A DNA stretch of 63,172 bases, counting the filler, from Trichomonas gallinae (Eukaryota): NCBI GenBank assembly GCA_008369845.1. It is 8 parts of 8 records of this genome, joined end to end, with 100 filler letters (N's around TTAATTAATTAA, not from the genome) between each part and the next. Parts side by side here need not be neighbours in the genome. Positions count along the whole stretch, not along the records: positions 43,277 to 52,704 come from MRSU01000167.1; positions 52,805 to 60,074 come from MRSU01000173.1; 6 more parts are not named here. The stretch is one strand, 5' to 3'. Below are positions 43,277-54,936 of the stretch, piece by piece. Both the position numbers and the translations under genes were made by a program. The stretch's first letter is position 1; every line of letters begins with the position of its first letter. The notes beneath the pieces are model-generated. The model searched no databases. It was given only the letters and a program-made list of their open reading frames with translations, and was not told the DNA's origin.

Positions 43277-44006
43277 GATTTTGTTGCTGATTAATATCGT
43301 TTCTATTAAGATTATTATTTTGATTTTCTGTTTGCTGATTCTGATGGTTTTGATTTGCATTGATAGTGTGAACACTTGGTCTTTCTCTATTTGAATATAT
43401 TCGATTATCAATGCTCAAAGCTGCTTGGAGTGGTGGAATTTCTTCTTCTGCTGTAAACAATTTATGTTTATCTTCTTTTGGACATCTATATATTAGTTGT
43501 GGTGCAAAATCACCAACTAAGAAGTTTGGTAAATCTAATTCATCATCATTTTTAATAATCGTTGAAGATTCATCCAAATTAGTGTCAATAAATCCTATGT
43601 ATTCATCGTATTTGCAAATGTCTGAATTTGGTAAATTAGTTTTGATATAATTCTTAATTTTGCGTGAATTTCTATCATTTTCTTTTATTTCTTTGCCATA
43701 GTGAATCGTTTCGTATGAGTATTGCGAGAATGGATATTCTAAAAAGTCAAATGTTGAAATAATTGAAAATGTTTTATCAGAAAGCTCGGATTCTCGTACA
43801 ATTATTAATGGATTGTCATCGTTGATATCGTTTAAATCAATAGTTTCGTCATTAGCCAATTCATTTTGATTTAAATAAAGATTAAAAGCGGAATCTCTAA
43901 ACTTGTCAATATGCCGAATGCTTGCTTTCAAGTTCTGTAACGTTGTTGGTGACGCAGCAGCGATTTTATACTTCACTCCTTCTAAATCTGTTATATATGC
44001 ATTCAT
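43277..44006 (-). CDS. Partial protein with N-terminal ubiquitin-like domain and Asn/Gln-rich region (3' end lost in gap)
   Basis: YITDLEGVKY..TTLQNLK..I..FNLYLN...L.ND..I fits a UBL pattern; ORF runs into Ns. Confidence 0.65.
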
Positions 44007-44579
44007 TATTAATTTTTTGACAGAATAAAATTGAATTTAATTAGAATGATTATAAAATGAATAATTTTGTTTTAGTCGCTCTTGCTCTATTAGGGTGTAC
44101 AGTATACTATCATGTTTACATGTTAGGTTAGTTCAGTTTTAATCACCAATGCTATTAGAAGTGATCTATTAACATGGTGAGTTTTTGACAAATGTCAGAA
44201 ATCAAGTGTCAAAATATTTTTCATATGCCTAAAAATTATGAAATTTTGTATTATGTACTTTGTTTTAGTACATTCTATTCATACCGCAAACATATACGAA
44301 CAGTACTTTATCTTATTCTGTATGTCGCACAATATAAACATTATACTGTTTGTAACAGATTCAATTGTCAATAAAAAAAAATTAATATTTGAAAAAACAT
44401 CATGTATGTCAAATGAATCCATATATAAGAACAACAATTAGTAAAATATTTCACAATTGTTCGAGTATAGTTATCATTCCAACACAAAGAAGAGTCCATT
44501 ACCGAAATTCTGAACCAAAAGTAAAATGTTTACATGTCGGATTTGTCTTGTAAAGCGTCCAAAAGTGACAGAACTAAAA

Positions 44580-44867
44580 CAGGGGTGAGGGCTCAATTTT
44601 TAAAAGTGACATTTAATGATGTAACCTGACACTCTGCTAAAGGCAAGTGACACTCTCTCTTACTAGTTTCTAGAAATAGATGAAAGAGCTTTAACTTGCT
44701 TCAAGCGTCATATATGACGCTGGCACAATCTTCTAATATTTCTTCAAACTCTTTATCTCCAAAATTTAGTATTTTATCTCACAATCCAGCATTATTTGAA
44801 AAGTGACATCAATTTTAATTTGGCATGCTGCTTCAAATTGAGGCACTAGGCTATTATTCAACCCCTG
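44580..44867. mobile_element. Degenerate hAT-like MITE (288 bp)
   Basis: CAGGGGTGA at 44580 and TCAACCCCTG ending 44867; internal CTCAATTT/AAATTGAG inverted pair; no clear 8-bp TSD. Confidence 0.4.
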
Positions 44868-44984
44868 TAATATTATTTTAAAAATTTTCTTCTCAAAATT
44901 TTTGTGATAAATTGAATTTTGATATTTGTTTGTATACAAGTTAATAACATTATTTTAAAATTTTCTTTTCAAAATATTTTGTGA
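44868..44984. repeat. Two ~40-bp AT-rich direct repeats
   Basis: TAA(T/C)ATTATTTTAAAA..TTTTCTT(C/T)TCAAAA..TTTTGTGA at 44868 and 44945. Confidence 0.55.
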
Positions 44985-45328
44985 GTTACCATTGAATTTT
45001 ACAACAAGGAAAAAGGACTAGAAGATGATATAATGAACATTTCATTAATGAAATATGCCGTTAACCTTATTATTTACAATAACTTTTTATTTGATATTTA
45101 TATGATTTATGTATCCATTCCCAATATTTTCTTCAAATTTCCATAATTATGGAGTTCAATGCAAAAAACTCAATATTATACATATTGGTGCTATTTTAAG
45201 CGTGTTTAACGATTGAAAACATTTTCAATTTTCAGATTCATTGAAAAATAATTTTTTTAACCAAAACACTTTTATGCTTATCTTTAATTAAAGCAAATTC
45301 AAAGTGAGCAAAAACCTGTAAATAAACA

Positions 45329-48300
45329 ATGACTTCTGTGTATGCTGCCTCTAGCATACATTCCAAGTCCACACTATCGAGGAAGTATGAGGTAGATACA
45401 TCGGCGATGTGGAACGGAGGAGAAAAGTTCCATGTTAATGATGATTCTCAGCCGAATCAATCTACATTTTCTAATTTTCTACAGCAATATTCGATGGATG
45501 TTGGTAGGTTTCATGAAGTAAAGCCATGGATTAATAGTATACGAATGCTTGTGTTTACTTTCATGTTAATACTTGGTTCAGCTGGAATTTTAATTGTTGA
45601 CGATACAAATTCGGAATTATTCAACACCGTGATACATGTGCTCCAATATGTAATAAAAATCATTCCAGAAACGTCAGCGAACAACATTTATATTATTTTT
45701 AATCTTTCATTAATTTTAATTTTCGCAGCGCTCATGTTTTTACTCTTCCACAACCTACTTAAATACAAAAATGGCAATGTACCGTCACGAAATGCAATAT
45801 ATTTCTGGATTATTTCATCGCGTGTCATTTGCCCCATATTTTCGTGCTACATATCCTATATATTTTGCTATTATCTTTGTAAAATTATAGGATCGTTCTC
45901 AAAACGAGGTTTAATCAATCTTGCAATCGCATTTCCGTTATTAGTTATGCAAATCGCTTACATTTTCTTTTCATGCAGTATTTACAACGCAACACCACTA
46001 ATAAGACCTAATGACATCACTCAACTGTGGTTTTCTTATTCATATCTTGATCGGAGATTAAATATCGTTTTATTCGTTTTAATACTCATACAATGCGTCC
46101 TTACTTTCTTCAGTGATCCATTCAAGGAAATTTTGTACTTCATCTTGGTTGATTGCCTTGCAATTTTTTTCGCATTTCAGGTTCTTTATTCTTTACCTGG
46201 AATTGCGCCAATATACAATGTGATTATTATCTTTTCGGCAGTAGAATCTGTTCCATTGACGTTTTTCCCTTTAGTTGCGCATTATTCGGACAAAATTTCT
46301 CCAATTTATTTTATTGTTTGCATTTTGTTCTCTCCAATCGCTTATTTCATCTCAAAAACACTAGTATCAGTGCGCTGTCGCAAAGTTGTCGACGCATTTG
46401 CGCATATGAGAGAATTACAAGAAAATGAAGAAGATAACTCACAGAAACTGGATCCTTTATCAGCAGCAATTCTAAATCTCAACAAAACAGCGAACATTGA
46501 CTTTTTGAAATTAAATATTTCAGGAGATCATGCGATTTCGCTATATTTGCGCCTCGGATTCCTATTCAATGTCCCAGAAGTAGAAGACCAGTCGTTCATA
46601 AAATGGGCAACAGATCAAACAGTAAAAGCAGATCTTGTTTTAAGCGCGTGTCAAGTATCATATGCTCTCCAAAATGATGTGAGGATGCTCAATACTCTTA
46701 GTGTTCACTGCGCAAAACTCTCTGCTGGTCCATTTAACAGCAGAAGTTTTGCTTTATTATTTGATCATCTTCGCAAAGAGCTTTTGACGCAATTAAACGA
46801 GCCATTGCTTGCAGCAGTTCAAACCTGCAAGAGATCAAGTTACATTTTGCAAAGTTTTTATTCTGAATTTTGGGGAAGCGTTTTAACGCAAAGATTACAG
46901 AATATGATTGACATATTACCTCAGATATCCTACGAAATGATAAGAACAGAGACGCTTTTCCAGAATTTAATTCGAAATTATCCAAATTCAACAATTGTAT
47001 ACAGAGAAACAGTTATTATTTACCATAAAGTTCTCGGTGAACATACAAAGACCATAGAAATGCAAAGTAAACTGAACAAACTCAAGAAAAAAGGCGACAT
47101 CGACAGTGATCGGTCAACATCAAGCGAATTAGACGAAATTGATCGTAATTTCCAGGATCAGTTAGACCCGTGGCTCGCAGCACAAAATGTGATTGAGAAT
47201 AATCCTTCAATTGCAAGAAAATTATTAATTGCTGCTGCAACAGTCATGATTATCATCATGATTGGACTTCCTATAGTACAGTTATGCATAGCAATATACA
47301 AAATCAACGATTTCCTGAGAATTACAGAACCAATTGAAATTGTTGGTGATATTCAAATGGAAGTTAGCAGAATTCCTCAACTCATCAGACGTATTTCATT
47401 ATATCAGCGCAATAAAATCAAGAATTACACAGTTGGACCAGCATATGGGGCACTTTTGGAATTTATTGACGAAAATGCAACAAGATTCTATTTAAACAGC
47501 TATGTAGAAGACTTAACAGACAATTTGACTAGGTTCTTAGACACTTGTACGAATGAAAACATTCCACTCGAAGTTTGCAATAACAAAACACACAAAATGA
47601 TTTCAGGGAACTCAACAACATACACAACACTGTACAATTTGCTGTCTTCGTATCTTCTTGCAGCGAAACAGCTCAAAGAGCTTCATAATTATTCTGATAT
47701 AAATAATGATGAAAGATTTCGATTCATTTTCGACAATTACGAGTCTGCACATTCAGGCATCTCATCAGCACTTGGCAGATTGAACAATTTAGTAGTATCT
47801 TTCCATTCATCATTTAACAGACTTTGTTTTGCTTTTTATTTCCATACAATAGTTGTTCCACTGCTTTTTATTCTGCCGATATTCATCATGTCTATGATTG
47901 CTTCAAGGAAAGAACTCAAATTTTTACTAAGATTATTTTTCAGTATTCCAAAATCAGATATAGCGGACTTAAAATCATCAATAAACCCAAAGAAAGGCAG
48001 ATCAAACAAGAATGAGCATATTACTATTGACGACTCAGATGCTGAAGGCGCACAACACAGAAAGGAAGAATTAATCGACAATTTAGCGACAGTTCCTCAT
48101 TCTCATCACGGGATATTCATGGGCTGGCGCGAAATCTCGATTCTGTTTGTGTTTTTCACATGCGTGATGGCATTTATAGGAATTTCAGTTTTCCAATATT
48201 CTATGACAGACATTATACAAATGACGAACGCTTACACATATTCCATCACTGTATATTCGCACGCTGCGAGCTGCTATGTTTGGGCACAAGAATTATTCTC

Positions 48301-49987
48301 CAATTGCTCAATATTTAAAAATAATACAGAAACAAAAATGAAATCATTGCTCGCAGTCAACGGATTCCAAGATAGATTCGACACTCTATTATATGGATCA
48401 AGCCAGAAAGACACGAAACCAGGCCTGATTCTCGGGTGGGATATATCAGATATGTACACGAAGAGCAAATTCATCGACACAAGCACAGACGTCTCTATAC
48501 CATGCATAGGAATGATGCACACTGTTTATTACAGTTTGTCTTGCGAAGCTCAAGTGGCTCTATTTTGTTCTATTTCTCAATGGATATTTAACCAAAACAT
48601 GACGTACGAAGATGAATATGTTTATCACTTCGAGCACATCTTGTTTGGTCACATTATACCTTTCTTGGAGGACGGCATGGTGCTGTTCGAAAACAAAGTC
48701 TTGAACTTGAATCAGATGAAAGTCAATGATTTGCTGATTGTCTACATATTGTTATTAGTCATGCAGATTATTTTCATCTGCTTGTTCCTCCGTCCTTCAT
48801 TGAATTTAATTCTTCATCACATTGCCACGCCGAGAAAGCTTTTACAACTTGTTCCTCCTGAAGCATTGATGAAGTCTAAGTTTGTCGCTAAATGGATTTC
48901 TGGCTGCGTCAGTGTTTGCTCAAACATTTCAACCGAGAACAGAAACGCTATGAACAATGAAGTCGTTGAGTTCGCAGTCGACTACAGCAGCTGCGGTGTT
49001 GCATTGTGTGACGAATTCCTACAAATACAGAACGCGAACCAAACATTTTTACGAATGACAAAAATGGAAAGTCTAAATTCTCAGGAATCAATCAGACAAG
49101 TACTTTTGAGGCGACTAATTGACAGAGACAAACTCGCATGCATTGAGAGACTTGAACGCGTTGCCAAGAAGATTACAGCAGGAATGTCTAAAACATCGAT
49201 TTTTTCATTCGAATCTGTCATAGCAGGTGCCAACAACGAGCTTCAGAATATTGTCGTTACATTGCACGGATATTCAGGCCTCGACAACAACAATGCGTTT
49301 GCTGCAGTCCACACTTTTGCAGTCATCATCAAAGAGAACAATGTACAACACAATCTGGAAGAAACTATCAAAAACGAGAGAGAAAAGTATAACAGGCTTC
49401 TCGATCTATTCATGCCTAAAGAGATCCGCGAACGACACGTTGAAGGGACAGATGTGTCAATGCAGGTAGACATTGGATCAATCATCCATGTCACTATAAC
49501 ACCACAGTATTTCGGCCCAGATATCATCCCTATTATTTCAAAGATATTCGTGACATTGGACCAAGCACTTGACCATGAAACAATCAAAATCCGCACATGC
49601 GAGATGTCATACGTCGCAGCAACAGGCTTGTTCACACGGACTAAAAATCCAGGCCAGACAGCATCGGACACAGCGCTGAAGATGTTGTCAATGGTACAGA
49701 AAGTTGTCCAAACAAATAACGTTACAGTTTCTATAGGTGTCCACACCGGCTCAATCAAGTGCGGCATCATAGGGATTACCAACTCTGCATTCGACATAGT
49801 TGGTGACACGGCAATTGCAGCTGCTAAACTTGCTGAATCATGTCCTCCGTGGCTTGTTCACGTCAGTGAAAGAATTTACGGTGAAATCAAGTATTTGAAG
49901 TATAACGTAATGGAGATCGGAAACGATGAGCTCGGACACACATATCTTCTGTCTAACACGAGCTTTTCACAAGGAGATCATTCATAA
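45329..49987 (+). CDS. Multi-TM class III adenylate/guanylate cyclase family protein with PAS-like domain; catalytic residues degenerate
   Basis: Many TM segments, coiled coil EREKYNRLLDLFMPKEI, SIGVHTG.I.CGIIG..FDIVGDT, VHVSE. Confidence 0.9.
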   Translation: MTSVYAASSIHSKSTLSRKYEVDTSAMWNGGEKFHVNDDSQPNQSTFSNFLQQYSMDVGRFHEVKPWINSIRMLVFTFMLILGSAGILIVDDTNSELFNTVIHVLQYVIKIIPETSANNIYIIFNLSLILIFAALMFLLFHNLLKYKNGNVPSRNAIYFWIISSRVICPIFSCYISYIFCYYLCKIIGSFSKRGLINLAIAFPLLVMQIAYIFFSCSIYNATPLIRPNDITQLWFSYSYLDRRLNIVLFVLILIQCVLTFFSDPFKEILYFILVDCLAIFFAFQVLYSLPGIAPIYNVIIIFSAVESVPLTFFPLVAHYSDKISPIYFIVCILFSPIAYFISKTLVSVRCRKVVDAFAHMRELQENEEDNSQKLDPLSAAILNLNKTANIDFLKLNISGDHAISLYLRLGFLFNVPEVEDQSFIKWATDQTVKADLVLSACQVSYALQNDVRMLNTLSVHCAKLSAGPFNSRSFALLFDHLRKELLTQLNEPLLAAVQTCKRSSYILQSFYSEFWGSVLTQRLQNMIDILPQISYEMIRTETLFQNLIRNYPNSTIVYRETVIIYHKVLGEHTKTIEMQSKLNKLKKKGDIDSDRSTSSELDEIDRNFQDQLDPWLAAQNVIENNPSIARKLLIAAATVMIIIMIGLPIVQLCIAIYKINDFLRITEPIEIVGDIQMEVSRIPQLIRRISLYQRNKIKNYTVGPAYGALLEFIDENATRFYLNSYVEDLTDNLTRFLDTCTNENIPLEVCNNKTHKMISGNSTTYTTLYNLLSSYLLAAKQLKELHNYSDINNDERFRFIFDNYESAHSGISSALGRLNNLVVSFHSSFNRLCFAFYFHTIVVPLLFILPIFIMSMIASRKELKFLLRLFFSIPKSDIADLKSSINPKKGRSNKNEHITIDDSDAEGAQHRKEELIDNLATVPHSHHGIFMGWREISILFVFFTCVMAFIGISVFQYSMTDIIQMTNAYTYSITVYSHAASCYVWAQELFSNCSIFKNNTETKMKSLLAVNGFQDRFDTLLYGSSQKDTKPGLILGWDISDMYTKSKFIDTSTDVSIPCIGMMHTVYYSLSCEAQVALFCSISQWIFNQNMTYEDEYVYHFEHILFGHIIPFLEDGMVLFENKVLNLNQMKVNDLLIVYILLLVMQIIFICLFLRPSLNLILHHIATPRKLLQLVPPEALMKSKFVAKWISGCVSVCSNISTENRNAMNNEVVEFAVDYSSCGVALCDEFLQIQNANQTFLRMTKMESLNSQESIRQVLLRRLIDRDKLACIERLERVAKKITAGMSKTSIFSFESVIAGANNELQNIVVTLHGYSGLDNNNAFAAVHTFAVIIKENNVQHNLEETIKNEREKYNRLLDLFMPKEIRERHVEGTDVSMQVDIGSIIHVTITPQYFGPDIIPIISKIFVTLDQALDHETIKIRTCEMSYVAATGLFTRTKNPGQTASDTALKMLSMVQKVVQTNNVTVSIGVHTGSIKCGIIGITNSAFDIVGDTAIAAAKLAESCPPWLVHVSERIYGEIKYLKYNVMEIGNDELGHTYLLSNTSFSQGDHS

Positions 49988-51232
49988 TTGGGCTCATATG
50001 GTAATTCTCAATAGAATTTATATATTATCATTATTATTTACACGTTTTTAGAACCGAAACAGTGTATATATAATGTCATTGTTTGATATCATATCATCTT
50101 AGATGAAGGTATTTGAATGTCAAACATTTATATTTTGTTTGTATTAAAATTTCATGTGATTTATTATAGAGGGTCGTTTGATTGTTTTCATTCACTTAGA
50201 TTTGAATATAACTATTTCCATAATGTAATCTATGTCGATTTTGTACATCAATGAACAACTCAATCATTTTCATTTGCAGCTATATATAGCAACGGTACCA
50301 AATATCATGTTGAACGCTGTCGATGCGAATGCGGCCGAATATTATTGCTATGCCATTAGAATTCAAATGATTTGATCATTTTGACGTCATTAGTATACAT
50401 GACAAAATTTGACATGTAAAATATTTTGTTGACGAAAAAATTAAATCTAGTGAAATATCGCATACTGATGATAAAATACACATTAATGAGAGTCATATGC
50501 GATTAATATCGAATAAAAATAGTCAGTATGACCATAATAAAACGATAGAAAAGTATTTTTGTTTTCTGAAGATTACGCAATAAAACGATAAATATTTTGA
50601 AAAGACTTTTGTTAAATTATGAAAAATGACAATTAAAATTATATATCAAATATAGCTAATTGGTTAACAAACAATATTATTCAATAATAATTTTTTGAAT
50701 GAATTGAAAATTCATTTTTGAATAATAACCATATATTTATATGCAATGAGCTTAAATTTACAAGAAAAGTTCAATGTTTTCAATTATATGGAATTGTAAA
50801 ATGTATTCAATAAGTTATTTTTCTAATTCATATAAAGAAAACAGTGATCAGATAAAATTAACACTAATTAAATTTTTTTCAATCTTCTCAAACCGAAATT
50901 AACACAAAATGGTTTTTTAATATCTTACTATATAATACATGATTAATCTATGTTGAACGAAAAGATCGTTTCACAGAAAATAAAAACATGATTTATTATT
51001 TATCAATGAGTATAATTCTAAAAAATTGCAATTCAATATTTTTCTCAATAATTTCTGAAGAATAATTTATTTTCTAGTTTAGATTGATCATTAAACATAG
51101 ATTAAAATTCCAAAATTGCTCAAAAATGACTTTTGATAGATTTTCAATTCAACTTTTTTTAATTGGATATCGACAATATTTTTAAACAGTGCATGCTATA
51201 AATATAATTTTTTTTAACAAAAAAAATCATAA

Positions 51233-52663
51233 ATGTTCGTTCTCTTCCTTATTACCTGGACTATTAAGCAGATTGACACAAAGACATTTTACATGGAAAC
51301 CTATACATGTGGGCCAGGTAATGATGGATGTGGGTTCGCTGTAACTGGAGATGCTAATGAAGTAAAGATGTTTTACATTTATGATCCACAAGACAGCGAT
51401 TATGTGCTATATAGATACGCAGCATCAGAAAGTTATAACTTGCAAGACTATAATACTGCTTCAAATGCAGAAAAAAGACAGATATTTAAATCAAAATTAA
51501 ATGTTTACGTTGTTTTTCAGCCTAGAAGCCAAAGAAATATTCATGTTAGAGCTGGATCCAGTTATAATTTCAAATGCCCTCAAGGAACTCTTTTTACAAC
51601 ACAAACAACTTTCGATCTAGACGAATTCATGGAATATTACGATCTTACAGTGCCATCTAAATTTTGCGTAGTATTTTTGCACAAATCATCTACATCAGAA
51701 ATCACAAATCAGATGATGGACATAGATGAAGAAACTTATGACTTCAATGAGTTCGGTTATCGAAAATCAGAACTAGAATGGAAAGCTATTACTCAAGGAG
51801 AAACCATTGAACTGCAAGCTAACGATGCTCCACTATATATGTGGTTCAGCATGAAATTAAAAAATGACATTAAACTAGATTTTGAATTAGATTCTGTTAC
51901 AGGCCCACAAGACTCAAACATTGATTTCTTTTTCGATACAGAAATTCACGACGAGCCAATTAATAAACCAAAACCGCCACGTTCTCCTTTTGCTACACCA
52001 TATTCAACTCCTTCATCCACCCCATATTCAACACCATCATCAACTCCATGTTCAACACCATTATCAACTCCTTCATCTACTCCTTTATCCACATCATCAT
52101 CTACTCCATCATCCACACCATCATCTACTCCTTCATCAACTCCATATTCAACACCTTCATCAACTCCTTCATCTACTCCATATTCCACACCGAAAAAGAC
52201 TGCTGAAACAGAAAAACCAACTGCTACCAAATCAATTATACCTGACAGAACACCAAAACAAACACCTGAAATTATTGTTCCGCCTGGAACTCCATGTTCT
52301 ACGCCAGCTGCAACATGGGACGGAGAATGGGATGATCCACCTGCTGTCATAATAAGAGGTGATGACATTCCTCAAATTAAAGAAAGCCAGCCGCCAATTC
52401 AAACAGAATACATTAAAACTGAAGTTCCTAAAGTCACCAAATATGCAAATATATCTGTTGGAACTGGATTGATTATATGCGTTATTTGTTTCACTATTCT
52501 CAACATTTTTCGGTCTTATCGAAGAATTCGACAAGGACTCAATCAATACGTCGATGATGACGTTTCAGACCTTTCTTTAGATAATTTTGCATCGTATTCT
52601 GATTCTAGTTTTCAAGATAATCAGAATACCGTACGTTTCCAACTTTTTCCCTTTTTTGGGTAA
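51233..52663 (+). CDS. Type I membrane protein with mucin-like STP(S/Y) repeat stalk
   Basis: Hydrophobic leader, globular N-domain, tandem STPS/STPY repeats, TM ISVGTGLIICVICFTILNIF, acidic tail. Confidence 0.88.
   Translation: MFVLFLITWTIKQIDTKTFYMETYTCGPGNDGCGFAVTGDANEVKMFYIYDPQDSDYVLYRYAASESYNLQDYNTASNAEKRQIFKSKLNVYVVFQPRSQRNIHVRAGSSYNFKCPQGTLFTTQTTFDLDEFMEYYDLTVPSKFCVVFLHKSSTSEITNQMMDIDEETYDFNEFGYRKSELEWKAITQGETIELQANDAPLYMWFSMKLKNDIKLDFELDSVTGPQDSNIDFFFDTEIHDEPINKPKPPRSPFATPYSTPSSTPYSTPSSTPCSTPLSTPSSTPLSTSSSTPSSTPSSTPSSTPYSTPSSTPSSTPYSTPKKTAETEKPTATKSIIPDRTPKQTPEIIVPPGTPCSTPAATWDGEWDDPPAVIIRGDDIPQIKESQPPIQTEYIKTEVPKVTKYANISVGTGLIICVICFTILNIFRSYRRIRQGLNQYVDDDVSDLSLDNFASYSDSSFQDNQNTVRFQLFPFFG
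51992..52191 (+). repeat. Coding 12-bp-period minisatellite (Ser-Thr-Pro-X)
   Basis: TC(A/T/C)AC(T/A)CC(T/A)T(CA/AT) units, about 16 copies. Confidence 0.9.
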
Positions 52664-52687
52664 ATTTTCACCAAATTAAAATGAATG

Positions 52688-52704
52688 TAGAGCCGCGAAT
52701 ATTG
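52688..52704 (+). mobile_element. Possible hAT-like terminus at contig end
   Basis: TAGAGCCGCGAATATTG directly before the gap; resembles TAGGGTTGTGCGAAT at 31015. Confidence 0.3.
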
Positions 52705-52804
52705 NNNNNNNNNNNNNNNNNNNNNNNNNNNNNNNNNNNNNNNNNNNNTTAATTAATTAANNNNNNNNNNNNNNNNNNNNNNNNNNNNNNNNNNNNNNNN
52801 NNNN
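52705..52804. other. Artificial contig linker
   Basis: N44-TTAATTAATTAA-N44. Confidence 0.97.
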
Positions 52805-53366
52805 CTGTGTCATTTTGATGAATTATTTGGTAATCTTGTGCAATAAATCTGTATAAATAATTAATTTCGATTATTAGTTGCATAGATACTAAGTGTTATG
52901 AATAGATTTCATTCCCATAGTACCAATAATTGATAAGTGCTGACTGGGAGCCCATTTTTGGTACCTTTATGTGACCTTTCGTTTCAGACCTGACTTTTGA
53001 TAATCAGTTTATATTGAAATGAGCTATTATTTACGATTGCATTTTTAATATCATTCATTGATGATAGAATATATTATCATTCATATAATCCTACGACTGT
53101 AATGTTGTATGTATTCATAAAAAATAAAGCATGAACTATCACTTTTTATCAATCATTTCCCCAAATTTAAAATTTTAATGTAAATATCAACAATTTGCGC
53201 AGCTAAACAATATCGATACGATTAAATTCATTTGAGAAGGAAACCATTCTCAATTTTGAGAAACTGTTATTTGGCAATACACTTTTGATAAGTGATTATT
53301 GTTTAATCGTTTGGTCGTTGAATTCAATTTTGTCATCAAAGAAAAACAAACAAAAATATATATTAT

Positions 53367-54760
53367 ATGGAAGAGTATACAGTAAGGGATGAAGTTAAAC
53401 GACTAGCAGGTGACATACCTCTAAAGACATTAATGAAATTAATGGTAGGCCCTCTTTGCTCGCAATTATCGAGTGCGATGCTTGGAATTATTAATAATTC
53501 CATTTTAATATCGAAATACATTGGAGAAGTGAGAACATCAGCAGTAGCAACTGATGTAGCTTGGGAATACATTGTTCGCGGGTTTGGGTTATTTCTATTA
53601 ACAGCAGGAAGCATGCAAATTAGCGCTTTGGTAAATGTTTATTCGAAGAAGCAGAACAAGTTGTTTGCGATTTGATTCGCATGTCACAAATTTGCGGAGC
53701 TATTGTTCCATTAATTATGCTTCGGATAAATAAACCATGCTCACGATGGTATGGAGCTAATGATGCTGTTATCAAGAGCGCACATGATTACATATTTCCA
53801 CAGTGCGTTGGATGCGTTTTCACATGTATATTTTTATCATGCTGCGAATTCCTTCAAGCAGAAGAAAGAACTTTTCTCATCGGCTTCATTGATGTTGTTT
53901 CTTTGGGTATAGGCATGGTTGCTCTTAATCCTTTATTTTTAGGTATATTCAAAACTGGTATAATAGGACCCGGAGTAAGTATTATTATCTCAGATGGAGT
54001 TCCATTTTTTTCATATTATACTTCAAAGGAGTATTCAACATCAAACCAAAGTTTTCTGGTTTGTTCAAAAAGTTCTCGAAGCATACATATCAAGCACTCT
54101 ATGTCGGAAGTTCCCAACTTATAGCCCAAATCGCGATGAACATTCCAGGAATACTCGTTCGAAAGTTAATTGGTATCTCTGTATCATCCAAAGATGAATA
54201 TGAGTCAGCCATTGCTGGATTCAATATTCTTTGTAGATTCAACCAATTCACCAATTACGTCATCTTAGCTTTATGCGCTGGCTACTTGGCTCCTGCGTCA
54301 TATGCTTTCGCATCTGGAATGAATGACAGATTTTTGCATCTAACGATGTATTTCAACTGGATTTCGCTTGTCTGGTGTTCTTTTACAATATTTTTGTGCT
54401 TCATGATTCCACACCAAATTTCAGGCTTATTCAGAAGTGGTGAAAGCTATTTTTGGTTCGCAAATGGAATGTTGAAGAATGGAAATGTTGCGACTGTAGT
54501 CATGTTCGCGAGATTGACTTTCCACTCAATGCTTCAGGCAAAAATAAGCGCTTTTAAAGCAATGGTTATCTCATTCACATCATTGCGCCAATTTTGTTTT
54601 CATTTGTTTTGTTTTATACTAACAAGAAAAACGCAAATCGTTTGATGTATGTATATCCATATCTTATGTTATTGGATTTCTACTTGGAGCTGCGCTTCTT
54701 ATCAAACCTTTAGCATCTATCGGAAAGGATTCTGATCATAAAGATTATGATAAAATTTAA
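53367..54760 (+). pseudogene. Frameshifted MATE family transporter pseudogene
   Basis: ORFs 53367-53675, 53672-54124 and 54061-54645 are consecutive pieces of one MATE (EVKRLAG..LKTLMKLMVGP; FLQAEERT; LNPLFLG; GYLAPASYAF); at least three frameshifts; terminal TAA near 54758-54760. Confidence 0.85.
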
Positions 54761-54936
54761 TTACATTGTAAACATATTATAATAAATTCATGCTTCTATA
54801 ATTTCTTATTATTTAGCAAATATTATTCTTATTCCAAATTGAGATTTAATTTTGTTAACAAATAGGCGATAAATAGTATAGGATTGTTTTTAATGATTGA
54901 ATATATAACATTTATCGAGTCAACAAGTCAAAATAC

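Noticed and set aside
51921..52368. His/Leu-rich and GVDE/GVEY repeat ORFs
   Set aside because: Alternative frames of the STP minisatellite
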